Shown here one piece after another: positions 35,636 to 50,267 of a DNA stretch of 64,000 nt. The stretch comes from Marsupella aquatica (Eukaryota > Plantae > Marchantiophyta), in NCBI GenBank assembly GCA_973895155.1, contig OZ316892.1:19851869-19915868 (forward strand). Reading direction: 5' to 3'. The position numbers and the translations under genes are program-made. The notes under the pieces are model-generated. The model was not told where the DNA came from. It saw only the letters and a list, made by a program, of their open reading frames with translations, and did not search any database. Each line of letters opens with the position of its first letter. Within the stretch, counting starts at the first letter, position 1.

Positions 35636-38350
35636 GTGGTACCATTGGGAGGCGTTGAGGACTTAGATAACCTGTATACATCTCAGACATCCCACTCGGG
35701 AGTATCTTCGTTGGGAAGTGGTACATCAAATTCCAGTTTACCTTCCAGCACAACCCGCACGCCACGAGGCGGGACCTCTACCCCCGGAAGTACTAAGAGC
35801 GCCTCTCCTTCTTCAGCAGCGCCCGTAGTTACAATGGCCCGGAACCATGTGCGGTATGATAGATTTTTTGGGACCTCAAAGGAGGATGCAGAGGTTTACC
35901 TGAAGGAGTTTGAGGCCTCAGCAACTTCTAATGGGCAGAGCCTGGATGCAGAGAAAGCCAATTTATTCGGGGGGCTAATGAAGAAAAGAGCACAGAAATG
36001 GTACGATCGGTTCCCAACCAAACAGGATTGGCCCAGTGTGAAGGCTGCGTTCTTGGCTAAATTCCAAGAAGATGGAGCAGCAGCCCGAGCATTTACTCGG
36101 ATATCTCACTTACGTATGAAGAAGCATGGCTCGGTAAGAAAATACGCTGATAAACTGTTGGATTTGGTTGACCAGTATAACCCTGCCACTTCTAAATTAA
36201 CTGTGAGAGATTGGTTTGTCAACGGGCTACCTTCCCGTATTGCCCGATATGTGAGGAGAGAGGGAGGCACGACTTTTGATGAAGCACAAGAAGCCGCACA
36301 GAAGTATGTCGATTCTGAGATTTCAGGGAAGAAACGGGTGAGGAAGGACTTGAAACGAGATAGGCATAAGAAGAAAAAAAAATCCAAGGACAGCTCAAAA
36401 TCGGAGGCAGAAACCACTAGCAGTTCCAGTGACGACGAGTACAGCTCCACGACCACTACCAGTGAGAGTTCGACCTCTTCTTCAGATTCGGAGAAATCTA
36501 CTCCAAAGAAGAAATCTTCCAGCAAGGGGGCCTCCAAGACCACTCACCCGAAGAACCTGGATCGGTTGATGTCAGATCTTAGTGGCAAGTTGTCTAAATT
36601 AAGTGTCAACATTGCTGCTCTTAAACCTGTGAGACGACAACCGCCTGCTATGAGAGTAAACGTTTGGTGTGCTCGTTGCAATCAGCAAGGCCATTATCCA
36701 AGTGAATGCCCGAATTCCAATCTGAAGGTAAATTACATGCAGATGCAGGAGGAGGCGGAGGGTTATGACTATGATAATTCCTATGCTGTGATAGCACCTG
36801 GGGGAAGTCAGTATTTCCCATCGACACCTCAACCAGCTCCTGGACCAGCATGGGCATCTTCAAAGCCGAATTATGGTCGAGCAGTGCCGAGGCCACCTAT
36901 GGGACCTCCTGGAGGATATCCACCTCGTGGTGCACCTCGAGCAAAGGGCTCTTGTTGGAACTGTGGTCAACCAGACCACTATTCTCCTCAATGCCCCTAC
37001 CCTAGGCAGGAGGAAGGCTACACGCCAGTCTGTGGGAATTGTCATAAAGAGGGCCACCTGCCAGTTGAATGCCCCAATCCTCCCAAACCCAAAATGATGG
37101 TGCGCTTTGCCCAGGAACCAATTAAGGAGACTACCAGGCCGGAAGCAAAGGTTCGCATGGTATACTCCGAAGAAGTTGAGCATTGTGGATTGATTCATCA
37201 TACACAGGTAAATCGTGTCGAAGGGAAGGCCGATTCACTCTTTGCTCAATCTTTATCCGGAGTAGTACCCGATGTCATGGTGGAGCACTTAGTGAAACCG
37301 GAAGTGGTGGGACTACCTAATGCGAGAGTGCAGGACAGGGACAAGGTCTTGAAAAATATTTATGCCACCACTCGCTCCAAGCGAAAGGAGGAGAAGGAAT
37401 TGGCTGTTGTAAAGAAGAAAAACACGGAGAGTAAACCTCGTGCACCAACAGAGGAAGGACTTCCCAAGGACCAGGATCCAGCTTATGATCGGTACGATCC
37501 GAAATACTTTCTACCCGATATTTCTTCAGAGGTCAAAGCTCAATTGAAGGAGCTAGTAAAGGAGACTCCTCTCGACCCCACCCTGAAGGAGGTAAAGGCA
37601 CCAAAGCACAATTCTCCCATTGGTCCTTCTCAAGGATATGACATTTTGGCAGATGTGAAGAACTCCCCAGCTCAGATTACTATAGGGGAACTGTTGCAAG
37701 ATAACCCAGTGTACAGACGGCAGCTTCGAGGTCTCCTCACTGGTCGAAGACGAAGACGGAAGTTACCGGAGGTGGAGGTGCTACGAGTGATCAGTCAGGA
37801 TTTAGGCCCACCCGAGATCGAGGTACAGGTTCAGGGATGTGTGGTGAAGGGAGTCCCAGTTGATGGAGGCTCTAGTGTTAATCTTATGACTCAGCAGACA
37901 GCATTCGGTCTTGGCTTCACAAAGTTGGAGAGCACACCAAAGATTTTGCGGATGGCGGACCAATCACGAGTTGTCCCTGTGGGGAGACTAAGTGGAGTGG
38001 AAACTCTCATTGCTGGGGTTCCTTTTTCCTTGGAGTATATTGTCATTAGTCCTGATACTCCTTCGAGTTTCCCCATTTTGTTGGGTCGACCTTGGCTGTA
38101 CAAGGCTCATGTACAGGTGAATTGGAGGACTCGAGAATTAACCTTTGGACAACCCAAGGTGGTGGTGAGCTGGGCACCAGACAGACATCAAGGTGAGACT
38201 GTGACCGATGATGGATACACTTCGGACTTTTCGGATTCTACTTTAATTTTGGACCCTCTAGAGTTTGAGTTGGAAGAGGTTCGATATTTGGAGTTGTACT
38301 ATGCGGACGTATCTGCTAGGGGATCTGCTCAAGTACCCAAGGAGTCGTGA
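35636..38350 (+). CDS. Gag-protease
   Basis: Retrotransposon gag core, three CX2CX4HX4C knuckles, protease VDGGSSVN...ILLGRPWL; a degenerate N-terminal extension may begin at 35134. Confidence 0.92.
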   Translation: MVPLGGVEDLDNLYTSQTSHSGVSSLGSGTSNSSLPSSTTRTPRGGTSTPGSTKSASPSSAAPVVTMARNHVRYDRFFGTSKEDAEVYLKEFEASATSNGQSLDAEKANLFGGLMKKRAQKWYDRFPTKQDWPSVKAAFLAKFQEDGAAARAFTRISHLRMKKHGSVRKYADKLLDLVDQYNPATSKLTVRDWFVNGLPSRIARYVRREGGTTFDEAQEAAQKYVDSEISGKKRVRKDLKRDRHKKKKKSKDSSKSEAETTSSSSDDEYSSTTTTSESSTSSSDSEKSTPKKKSSSKGASKTTHPKNLDRLMSDLSGKLSKLSVNIAALKPVRRQPPAMRVNVWCARCNQQGHYPSECPNSNLKVNYMQMQEEAEGYDYDNSYAVIAPGGSQYFPSTPQPAPGPAWASSKPNYGRAVPRPPMGPPGGYPPRGAPRAKGSCWNCGQPDHYSPQCPYPRQEEGYTPVCGNCHKEGHLPVECPNPPKPKMMVRFAQEPIKETTRPEAKVRMVYSEEVEHCGLIHHTQVNRVEGKADSLFAQSLSGVVPDVMVEHLVKPEVVGLPNARVQDRDKVLKNIYATTRSKRKEEKELAVVKKKNTESKPRAPTEEGLPKDQDPAYDRYDPKYFLPDISSEVKAQLKELVKETPLDPTLKEVKAPKHNSPIGPSQGYDILADVKNSPAQITIGELLQDNPVYRRQLRGLLTGRRRRRKLPEVEVLRVISQDLGPPEIEVQVQGCVVKGVPVDGGSSVNLMTQQTAFGLGFTKLESTPKILRMADQSRVVPVGRLSGVETLIAGVPFSLEYIVISPDTPSSFPILLGRPWLYKAHVQVNWRTRELTFGQPKVVVSWAPDRHQGETVTDDGYTSDFSDSTLILDPLEFELEEVRYLELYYADVSARGSAQVPKES

Positions 38351-41308
38351 CAATCACAGAATGACCAGGAGGCCCCGCAACTAGAAGCGCCCTGTGTTGA
38401 GGAAGAGCGCTCACCCCATTTGGAGGAGGCGGATATGGAGCTTCCAAAGTTTAGAGAATTTGAACTCAGACCAGCGGGTCTTACTGAAGGGATAGTAGAC
38501 ACTGCTGCGTGCCAGAAAATTGAGATCGAACCTGGTAAGTTCCTCAACATCGGTCAGCACATCCAGGGCGAGCTGAGAGAACGGTATATTTTGCTGCTAA
38601 CCCAATACAAGGACGTGTTTGCCTGGAGTCATGCAGATTTGAAGGGGATACACCCACACCTTGGAGAACATAGGATTGACCTGATGGAAGGGGCAGTTCC
38701 AGTTCGCCAGAGGCAATACCGTCTCAACCCCAAGTACTCAGTTCTTGTTAAAGATGAGTTAGATAAGCTTACCTCTGCTGGGTTTATTTACCCTGTACTG
38801 AGCAGCGAGTGGGTATCCCCTATTGTCATCGTTCCCAAAAAGCCTGGTCCGGACGGAAAGATGAAGATCCGTGTTTGTCAGGATTTCCGGAGACTGAATG
38901 CTGCCACTCGTAAGGACCATTACCCTCTCCCGTTCATTGACTCCGTCCTGGATTTAGTCGCACGTCATGAATGGTATAGTTTTTTGGATGGGTATTCCGG
39001 ATACAACCAAGTCTCAATTCGTTAGGAGGACCGCGATAAGACTACTTTTACCACCGATTGGGGCACATATGCTTTCACCATGATGCCTTTCGGCCTATGT
39101 AATGCCCCTGGAACTTTCCAGCGCATAATGATGATTATTTTTCAGGAGTATTTGAGGCGCTTCATGGAAATTTTTATTGACGACTTCTGTGTGTTTTCTA
39201 ATTCTGTGGCTGACCACTTGATACACCTTGAGAAGACCTTTCAGAAGTGCCGGGACGCTCAGCTGTGCCTACACCCAGAAAAGTGCTACATTGGAATGCA
39301 GGAAGGCATTTTGTTGGGCCATGTCATTTCTCAGCGAGGTATTGAGGTGGATAAAGAAAAAATTCGAGTGATCTTAGAGCTGCAACCTTCGGCTGATTTG
39401 AAGCAGTTGAGGGGGTTCCTGGGACACGTGGGTTACTATCGACGATTTATACATAAGTACTCGGATAGGGCTCTACCCCTCACTCAGTTGCTGAAGCAAG
39501 AGGTTCCTTACACTTGGACCCCTGAGCGACAGGCTGCTTTTCAAGCCTTGAAGGAATGTTTGGTGACCGCTCCAGTCTTGTCCCCTCCTAATTGGAGTAA
39601 GAAGTTTCATGTTTTCATTGATGCTTCTGCTTTCTGTGTAGGGGCTAATCTCAGCCAACGCGATGAAGCAAATAGGGACCATCCGATTTACTATGCAAGC
39701 AGGCAGATGAGTGCAGCGGAAAAACATTACACTGTTACTGAGAGGGAAGCTTTGGCAATTGTGTTCGCATGTAAGAAATTCCGCCACTACTTGCTCGGCT
39801 ATCAGGTTGTTTTCCATACGGACCATAATTCCTCGAAGTATTTAGTCAATCAAGTGGACCTTTCGGGACGAGTGGCTCGCTGGGTTCTTCTGTTGCAGGA
39901 GTTCGATTACGAGGTTCAGGTGCGGCCAGGGCAGCATCATGAGAATGCGGATTTTTTATCCCGACTTCCTGGTCCTGTGAATGAGCATAGTCTCTCTGAT
40001 GACTTTCCTGATGAGCAACTTTGGCATATCGAAGGTGAGTCATCCAAATATTTTGATATTGTGCAAATGTTGTTACATGGGATATTTCCTCCGGATCTGA
40101 ATGCAGAAGAGAGGGCGGTGTTTATGCATAAGGTTGGACCCTACTCCATTATCAAGGATGTACTCTTTAGACAAGGTCCTGATCAGAAGTTCCGAAGGTG
40201 TCTGGAAGAGAGAGAAATACCGACAATGTTACAAGCTCTTCACCAGGGGGATACTGGTGGCCACTATGCCGTCAACACCACAGTTCGAAAGGTCCAGGAT
40301 GCCGGATACTGGTGGCCCACAATGCATAGGGATACTTACCTGTTCATTAAGAGTTGGGACCCCTGTCAGCGAGTGGGAAAACCGACTGCTTCCTCCAAGT
40401 GGCCCTTGACATCCATTTTGCCATTGGCTCCTTTCGAGAAATGGGGAATCGACTTCATTGGACCCATTTCTCCAGCAGCACGGCGAACCCGTAGTAAGTA
40501 TATTATCCTTGCTACCGACTACGCCACCAAGTGGGTGGAAGCAGCTGCCACGAGGAAGAACGATGCTAACACTGCTGCTGCCTTTTTGTTTGAGCACATT
40601 ATAACTCGTTTTGGTTGCCCACTGGAGTTGGTAAGTGATCGCGGCCTTCATTTTCTGAATGCAACTATTGAGCTGATCACAGATCTTTACCTCATTAAGC
40701 ACCGGAAAACTACCCCATACAACCCTCGGGAAAATGGGCTTACAGAGAGGGCTAATGGTATCATGGGAAAAATCCTCAATAAGATGGTAGCAGCCCACAA
40801 AACTGATTGGGACATTAAGTTATTCTCTGCATTATGGGCTTATAGAACTACAGAGAAAATAACAACCTTACGCACCCCTTTTTACCTGACTTACGGATTT
40901 GATAGTATTGTCCCTATTGAGTTTTCCATTCCCACCGACAGAATTTTGGTGCCCGACCGGCTGTCAGTTGAGGAGAGTTTACCGCATAGACTAGTTGACC
41001 TTAATTTATTAGAGGAAGACAGACTCGCTGCTTTGCATCACACTCATGTCGTCCAGAGTAAGCGTAAGAAGGTCTATGATGCTAAACTGAAAAAAGTGGA
41101 GTTAGACGTGGGTGATTTAGCCTTAATTTATGATTCTCATTTTATGTTGTTCCCTGGAAAGATGCATACTCATTGGCTAGGACCATATCGTGTTACCAAC
41201 ATATGGAGTAATGGATCTATAGCGTTGACTACCCTTGATGGTCATCCTTTAGATACTCGAATAAATGGCTTCCATCTTAAACGCTATCATTCACCTGCCC
41301 CAGACTAG
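38351..41308 (+). pseudogene. Pol (RT-RNaseH-integrase), in frame with gag-PR, with a premature TAG at 39023
   Basis: MPFGLCNAPGTFQR, FIDD, DAS, GHY...C..C-like zinc region, WGIDFIGP, SDRG, NGLTERAN. Confidence 0.93.
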
Positions 41309-41345
41309 GCTTGTGAGGGCACTGCGCCGTTTGAAGGGGGGATTA

Positions 41346-42774
41346 TGTGGTATACCCGTTAGCGATAATCTTCTAAATAGGAGACATTTTTAATTTTTTT
41401 GGATGGAAGTTAGAAACTTTGAGGTTGTAAGCAGGATAATTAGCCATAAAGAGCATTAAGTGAGTAGGGAAGAGGAACGGCCTTTACCAAGAAATGAGCG
41501 CTTCAACCTGGTGACCGGTAGTAGTAAGAGCGCGAGAAAGAATGAGTACTGGCGGAGGAGCTATGCAGGTCGAGGAAGAAAACCGAAGGCTTAGGACAAT
41601 TGTTGAAGCTGTAATGTGACACCACTGATTGAAGACAGGGCGCTGCGAGTAAAACAGGGATAATTTTTGGGCAGAAGTGTCAACTCATAAGAGGCGCCCT
41701 CTGTTAGTAGTTCTTAAGACAACACTATTTACTTACTCAGAGCACCTTTAGTAAGTTTACTAAGTAGATGTTCACTATTGTTTTACCGACAGCGCTACTA
41801 GTTGATTTTCCACCATAGTAAGAAGTCTCTTTTCTAGTTAGCAGCACTCAGTACTCTACTACTTTTCATACTAGTTAAAACTACAGTATGTAGTTTAGTT
41901 TAGATCAGCCTTTCTAGATCTCATTTTAGTTACTTTTCTTTCTAGATTCTAGGGAACACTTTCTCTGCCCTGACTTTGATGATACTTAAGCCCTTGTTTT
42001 TCCTCATTTCGGGTGAGAAGGACTAAATTGGAAGCCTGGCTGTAGATGCAAGACTCCCGGTCGCTCCCTTTGTTTGTGATCTATTCAGTTGTAGAGATTG
42101 CAAATGAAGTAAATGTTTGTGTTGAGGAATTTGTTTTGAAAGATTCCTCAATAAACAAGTGTATGTTCAACTTCTGGAAATCAAGATGAATTTTATGATT
42201 GATTGCTTACAGTGATGAGAATCATTCAAAATTCAAAGATGAATGTTTATAGGAAAGTGTCAAATCTATCATTGAGGGACAAGAGTACCATTATTATGCC
42301 CTGGACTTTTGCATTAGTGTTTTGTCTATGCCATACCTGATGCCTAGCCAAACCGTGTTGCCATCATTTTAATGCAAAGCTCGGCAATTATAATCTGAAA
42401 TTTACCTTGAAAACGGTAGAGATTATATCTTTCCTGTGATCTTCTCATGACAAGAGCGAGATTTTGAAGGAGAAGAATATAGGAGAATGGGTTGAGTAAG
42501 ACCCTAATCTTTGTTGAAGGAAGGGCAATGCCATTCATATTCCTTGAATTCTTCCTTATGTAAATCCACCTTCAATCATGATTCCAGAATTAGTTGTTAC
42601 TGGTTGATTTTATTCTGTGTTTGATCGGTTGAAGATAGAGAAATTTGAGAGGTCAGCTTATATCTCTTCATTAACACTATTTCCTTCAATAGCTTCCACT
42701 TTGTTCTTTTCGGGATCGACTTTGGGTTATCTTTGGCTTTAAACCTTGTGTTTTATTTATAGACCTATACCACA
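41346..42774 (+). repeat. 3' LTR
   Basis: Near-identical direct repeat of 32725-34153. Confidence 0.97.
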
Positions 42775-45043
42775 GATGGCACACAAGAATTGTTACAATT
42801 GCTCTGTATAACGTTAGGGTCTCAATATCGTCAGTAAGTGTATGACAAACAAATCTGCGTCTGTTCTGTCTAAAATATTGAACAGGGAATTGTTGCACTG
42901 GATGAAAATGCAACGTTGACCATTGCCTTCAAAGAAATAAAACTAAGAAGAACTTAAACCTCGGCTGAAAAGTGATCTGGTTACTGAAAACCAGGCCCGA
43001 GCTCACCTCCTTCCCCTTTCACCACTTCGCAGCTCCTCCAAGAGACATTCACTCAAGGGCACATCACGCAGTTGCTTGCCCTCCTCAGAAGCTCAACACC
43101 ACAGCCACCAAAGTTGTCAGCTCCCACTACAACTGAACAGGTCACTACCAAAAGCCCGCTCCCACCGCAGCTGAACAAGTGAGCGACACAAGAGTGTAGG
43201 ACCTCCGCCAAGCCCAGGGCAGCAGCTCAATGAAACTCAATTTGCAACTCGTCTCACTCTCGCTCTTGCTGCAAAGAAAAAAAAGCGCAGGTCAAACTCC
43301 TTTGTGGCCTCAGTCCCCACCGCTTTCCCCAAGCTATGGACAACTACTAGCAGCTTGCGCTCACAGCATGACATCCAGGTCTTTAGCCAACTGCACACTG
43401 GAAACCGAGAGAAGTGAGCGCAGTCGCGCAAGGCCAAAAAAGACCAAAGTTGAGCCAAAGCAAAACTTTACTAATGTATTTACAGTCAAGCATGAGGGCA
43501 ATCAGGTAAGCAGAAGACCACGCATTCCCGCAAAGAGTTGTAGGTTCTCGTCACTTCCTCGCCTCTGTATAGAAGGTCGACCGTTGTATCTCGAGTACCC
43601 AATGATAGTGGAGATGAATGCAAATAGGCCTCACCAATCGCTAGTCATCCGCGATAAACCTCCCGACAACCTTGCTCCTATACACCTTAGCACCCGCGTT
43701 GTCACCACAGGAAAGACGAATGTAAGATTTAGGGCCCACCTAAACCCTATAGTGAGATTACAGTCGACAATGGGTCATATAGCAAAGGTCGAAGCTCCAA
43801 GCCCTACACAATGACATGAAATCCCACCTCCAAAAGCGCTAAATGTATTGACTGAGTGCGATCAGGTGCAAGAGTCGAGAGCAACTGAGGAAAAGTGCAT
43901 TATCGGGCGCAAAGTGTTTGGCCTTGGATTCCCTTGCAAAAACGTGAAGGAAAACCCTGGTGGTAGCCGTCGACACTTTGTGCAATTTTCCTTTACAAAA
44001 TCCGTTTACCCTAAACATTGAGTCGACTGGAAGGACTCGTTCATAGGCATTCTGCAAGCACCTAACACATTTAGATGTAAGTTCACAGTTAGGATTAAAC
44101 GGTAACTAAGACCAAGGGTGCATGCATTTTTTTTGGGGGGGGGGGGCTTTTAGTTGGGTATTTTGGGTATAGTCATTGGGTTAGATAAATATCCTAAGTC
44201 ACCCAGATGGCAAAAAACAACACCTACCCTTAAACTCACCCTCCTCAAGCATAAACCCTCTGAAAACCCATTGGACATTTGGAGTCATTGGCAAAAGAGG
44301 GTTAAATGGATGAAGAATGCACCGGGGGGGATGGATGCCGACGATCCAATGGTCCCTAAACCCCCATCCCCTTAACATGCAACCCCCGACCCTTGACATC
44401 AAACCGAGTGTTCTTCGGCTGGACAACCCCCTAACCCTAAACCCACACCCCCTTGAGACCGGTACAAATCTACCTTTGTGCATCTCGGCCTTTTATAGAT
44501 GGAGTTAGTAATCGATCCCTCCGTAGTCCACCCTCCATGAACCTCACTCCAAAACCTTTTTGGTCACAAATAAGGCCATTTATTGAGTTATGCCCCTTGC
44601 TATCACCCTCTTTATAGAATTACCCCTCCTCAACATAAGTGAACATTACCCATGATGTGCTAGACTATTCACCGTTCACAAAGTAGCAAGGTTACTTCTC
44701 ATAGTCTTTTAGTGAACTATAAAACACTAATAGTCTTTTGTAGTCTTCAACAAAACCGGTGCAATGGGTGCGAGTCGTTTCAAGTATGGAAAAAGGACTT
44801 AGTGGGCTTAGTCCTATAAGGTATGGTCTAAATTGCCCCGGTTTCTACTAGTGGCAACACTTGCTAAGTTGAGCGAAGGAGAAACAAAAGAATCAATATA
44901 AGAATTCATGTCAGCGCACCAGATGCGATCATTCACCAACTCGCAAAGGCCAGTATGTGCTGATACCATTTTGCTTTGAAAAAAAGACAGGGAAAGGAGG
45001 AGGATGGATACATTCTCCAGAAAAGGATTGAATCCTTACACAC

Positions 45044-45279
45044 CTTATGCCACGCCCAGAAGAAAATTGCACCGCCGGATGAGGAAGAGGAGGGCTTGAG
45101 AGACTGGGAAGCTGCAAGGTAATGAGGGCCGACGGGACAGAGCGCAAATGTTGCGAGGCGCCGCACAAGATCGAAGGTGGGACAGAAGCGCTCCGGAGGA
45201 AGCATCCCATAGTGTGACTCCTGTGTCAACGTTGGAGCACACCACCACTGCTTCCCTCACGGTCGCCACCTTGCCCCAT
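45044..45279 (-). pseudogene. RID3: First-exon fragment of a RID3/WDR18-like WD40 gene
   Basis: AVVVCSNVDTGVTLWDASSG...SCAAP and YLAASQ...SGGAIFFWAWHK followed by a GT donor; frameshifted, and no downstream exons found. Confidence 0.75.
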
Positions 45280-45415
45280 CCACCCGCGGGTGGACCCTGC
45301 CTCCCGGTTTCTCCTCCTACTCGCCTTCAAAACCTTCAAAAAATTCTCGTCATGCTCATCATTATTGCCCTATCCGAGGTCCTTCCCTCCACATTCTTTC
45401 CTTCAAGCATAATCA

Positions 45416-45485
45416 TCCTCTCCTCTCCTCTCCTCTCCTCTCCTCTCCTCTCCTCTCCTCTCCTCTCCTCTCCTCTCCTCTCCTC
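45416..45485. repeat. (TCCTC)n microsatellite
   Basis: Directly visible. Confidence 0.95.
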
Positions 45486-46471
45486 GAGGAAGCGCAAATC
45501 ATACAATGAAATGTGAATCTCAACTGCACACAGCGTCCATTTAATCCGCCCGTTCCACTGCTGAATGGGCTGGGCAGGGCTGCCTGCTTTCTGCTCGAGC
45601 CTCCTTTTGCTCCGATTTCTGCAGCGCCGCCAATCCGCAGAATGATGAGAATCAAAGAAAGCAGAGCCGCAATCCACGAGCGCGACACCATCGTGGAATG
45701 GCGAACAGGGTATTCTCCATTGCTCCACTACATCACTACGTTGCAGCAGCAGCAGCTCGCTCCCTCTACAGTCGAGGTATTCTATGTCTACAATGGGCCT
45801 CATCATTCTGTGGCGATCGCTCTTCCTTCCTTCCTTCCTTCTTCTTCACTTTCTTGTCTTTCCTTTTGCGATTTTGCCTCGCGCTCTTTTTGTCGTGCAT
45901 TGGTTTTGGAGTGGCAGACATCCTACACTCGCCCCTCTTTAAGAGCACACGACAGAAGTGCGAAGCCTGGCTAATTGCAAAGGGCCCCTTTCTTCCCCTG
46001 TTTGTTTCTTCCCCTGTTTGTTTTGAGTCAATGTCACGGATTTGAAATAAAGTTGCTTCCCTTTTTGAAAAAAAGAAAAAAGAAAAAGAAAAAGTGGTTT
46101 GCTTCAAAGTTAAAAAAAATAAAAAATAAAAAATTGCTAAGGGAAGTTACTTCTTAAGGCCTATGGTCTAGAGTGAGGCCTCTAGATTTTAACTCCCCAT
46201 ACACTCAAAAGTGATAAGGAGTCTTTCATAAGGGCAAAACTTAAAATGAGGGTGGACAAAAAACAAGGATAAGGGAAGGTATCAAAAGTGACATTGACTC
46301 AAAATAAAGACAAAATTGAAAAGAGGGTGGACATAAGGATGTGGGCAAAGATATATGGAAATAACTTAAAATTATTTCTGTCCAATATATATTTTCTTCA
46401 CATCTATTTACTTTCAAGGAACTGGTAATCTGGCTACAGTAGTCTTTCTAAAAAGGTGATCCAAATTTTGA

Positions 46472-46680
46472 CTGGGCATTTGAATGCACCAAAGGAAAAT
46501 ATCACGAAGGGTTTTACAAAGGGAAAAATCACCAAGGGCATTTTGAATGCACCAATGGAAAATGGCACGAAGGGCTTCACAAATGGAAAAATCACAAAGG
46601 GCATTTTGACTAGACATTTTGAATGCACCAAAGGAAAATATCAGGTAGGGTTTTAGAAAGTGAAAAATCACAAAGGGTGG
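46472..46680. repeat. About three copies of a ~62-bp tandem repeat
   Basis: gggcattttgaatgcaccaa...cacgaaggg...aaaatcac units. Confidence 0.8.
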
Positions 46681-47167
46681 TGAGTGCAAAACCTGTTACG
46701 GACAAGTGCTCCACAAAAGGTGCTGATTGTTCCACCTTTTATGGTGAGTAGTGAGACATTGGAATGTGGCTTTTATAATGTCAGGTGTGGTTTAAGTTTT
46801 GAACAACAACGTTCTTCCAATTGGCTTTGGTAGTTTGGTGGACACAAGTCAGAAATATCCTCGACTTCTTGTTCCTGTCTGTATGGGTTTTCTCGTACGT
46901 CGTCGGATGGACAGGCTCATCAAGTGCGGAAGAACCAGACCTCTCGCAGCTGCCGGGGGAGGAATTTGGGTGTCTGCCGTGTAAGGAAGCTAGGTAGCAA
47001 GCAAGCAAGCAAGGAAGGACGAAAGGATTGAAGGAAGGATTGAAGGACGAGACGGAGGAGGTGAGAGGTTCGTGGAAAAGGATTGATGCAGTTTCGAGTT
47101 GGGATGGAGACCGAGTGAGCTTTCTTAGGGTTTAGGGTTTTTGTCCCTTGCTTCGGCTATTGCAAAC

Positions 47168-48061
47168 ATGTCAAAGCGGAAGGACTCCACGCCGAGAAGC
47201 GAGGGCGACAAGATGGCCATCACCCCCCTCGGAGCTGGCAATGAGGTCGGCCGTTCATGCGTCGTCATGACTTATTAGGACAAAACCGTTCTTGTGAGTT
47301 GCCCTCTCTGTCTCTCACACACAGCTTTGTCAATGAGATTTTTTTTCCTGATGAATTGTTGCAGAACGATGAGTCGTGGCCCAGTGGAGCACACTGGTGT
47401 TTTCGTAACGAAGTTTTGACCTATTTGCGTGCTTGATTCTGTGAGCATACGATTGTGTGCGCCTCTGGTCCCTCTCTCACTTGCTAAACCCGGACTTGGG
47501 ACTCTAACTTTGGTCTGCTTTCTTTCAGTCTTAGTAAAGACTCTTGTATGGATCAGTGTACTGCCGACCCTTACTTCGGAATATATTTTTTTTCAAGACC
47601 CGCCAAATTTGTTTCCTTTGTGTATGGTGTAACACTTACTGTCGGGCAATAGGATATAGACGTTCTTTGGACTGTTTCCCTGAATCGTTGCAAGCATTTC
47701 AACCTGAGTGGAAATTTGAATGAGTGAGAGCAGCTTGATTGAGTGGGATAGAGGTTTCAAGGTTTAGGGTTAAGGTCATAAATTTTCATGAAGCGATCAT
47801 CGCTCCTTAGTTCTCTGTCGTTCAGAAGGAGAGGTATTGTAGCTTGAGATGGACTAGACTGGTAGTAATGCGTAGGCTTGAGCGATGGAACCGCCAGAGA
47901 GTCCAGGGGTTGTCACGTTTCTCTAAAGGGTTGCTAATGCGGCGTGTTTTGCTATGTGAATAGTTCGACTGCGGGATTCATCCTGCTTACACGGGAATGG
48001 CCGCACTTCCGTATTTCGACGAAATTGACCCGTCTACCATCGATGTCCTCCTCGTAACGCA
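47168..48061 (+). pseudogene. CPSF73: CPSF73 (CPSF3) 5' fragment, exons 47168-47293 and 47964-48061
   Basis: ITPLGAGNEVGRSCVVMTY*DKTVL|[32 protein letters not shown]; stop at 47276; rest of the gene absent. Confidence 0.9.
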
Positions 48062-48459
48062 GTACGTCCTCCTTCCTCGTACCTGTGTTCAGCAGTAAGG
48101 AGAGAAAAATGTAACTTATCTTGTGCACTAAGTTTCAGCTACTAGTAATCTCGGCGAGGAATTAACCGGAGAGAAAAGAGCAATGAAGTGCCATCTGACT
48201 GTAATCTTGGAGAGGAATTGACCGGAAAACATCCCGGGAACACTCGCTAAGGGACCACAATTTTATCATCTATTGCTCCAACCCTAGTTGGGCGTAAATC
48301 TCTCTATGCACTGAACTTCATAGCATACAGTAATTTGCCAGACTTTTGTGCTCGATTTCCTGGTGATAGTTGTTTTGTACCTCGGATTGGCAAAGACCTT
48401 GGATTGGCAATGGTTTCAAGGATCGCATCAAATGTTTATCGTTTTGTTCTCCATTGTAG

Positions 48460-50267
<1,808 letters not shown>

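Larger units (their letters stand above)
32725..42774 (+). mobile_element. Full-length Ty3/Gypsy LTR retrotransposon (Athila-like, non-chromovirus)
   Basis: Two 1429-bp LTRs with about 7 differences seen by eye, TSD GATGG (32720-32724 / 42775-42779), PBS TGGCGCTGCTGCCGGGGA at 34162-34179, PPT at 41333-41345, domain order gag-PR-RT-RH-INT. Confidence 0.97.

Noticed and set aside
44350-47770. Scattered CCCTAAA/TTTAGGG words as interstitial telomere
   Set aside because: Only one or two units each; consistent with telo-boxes or chance
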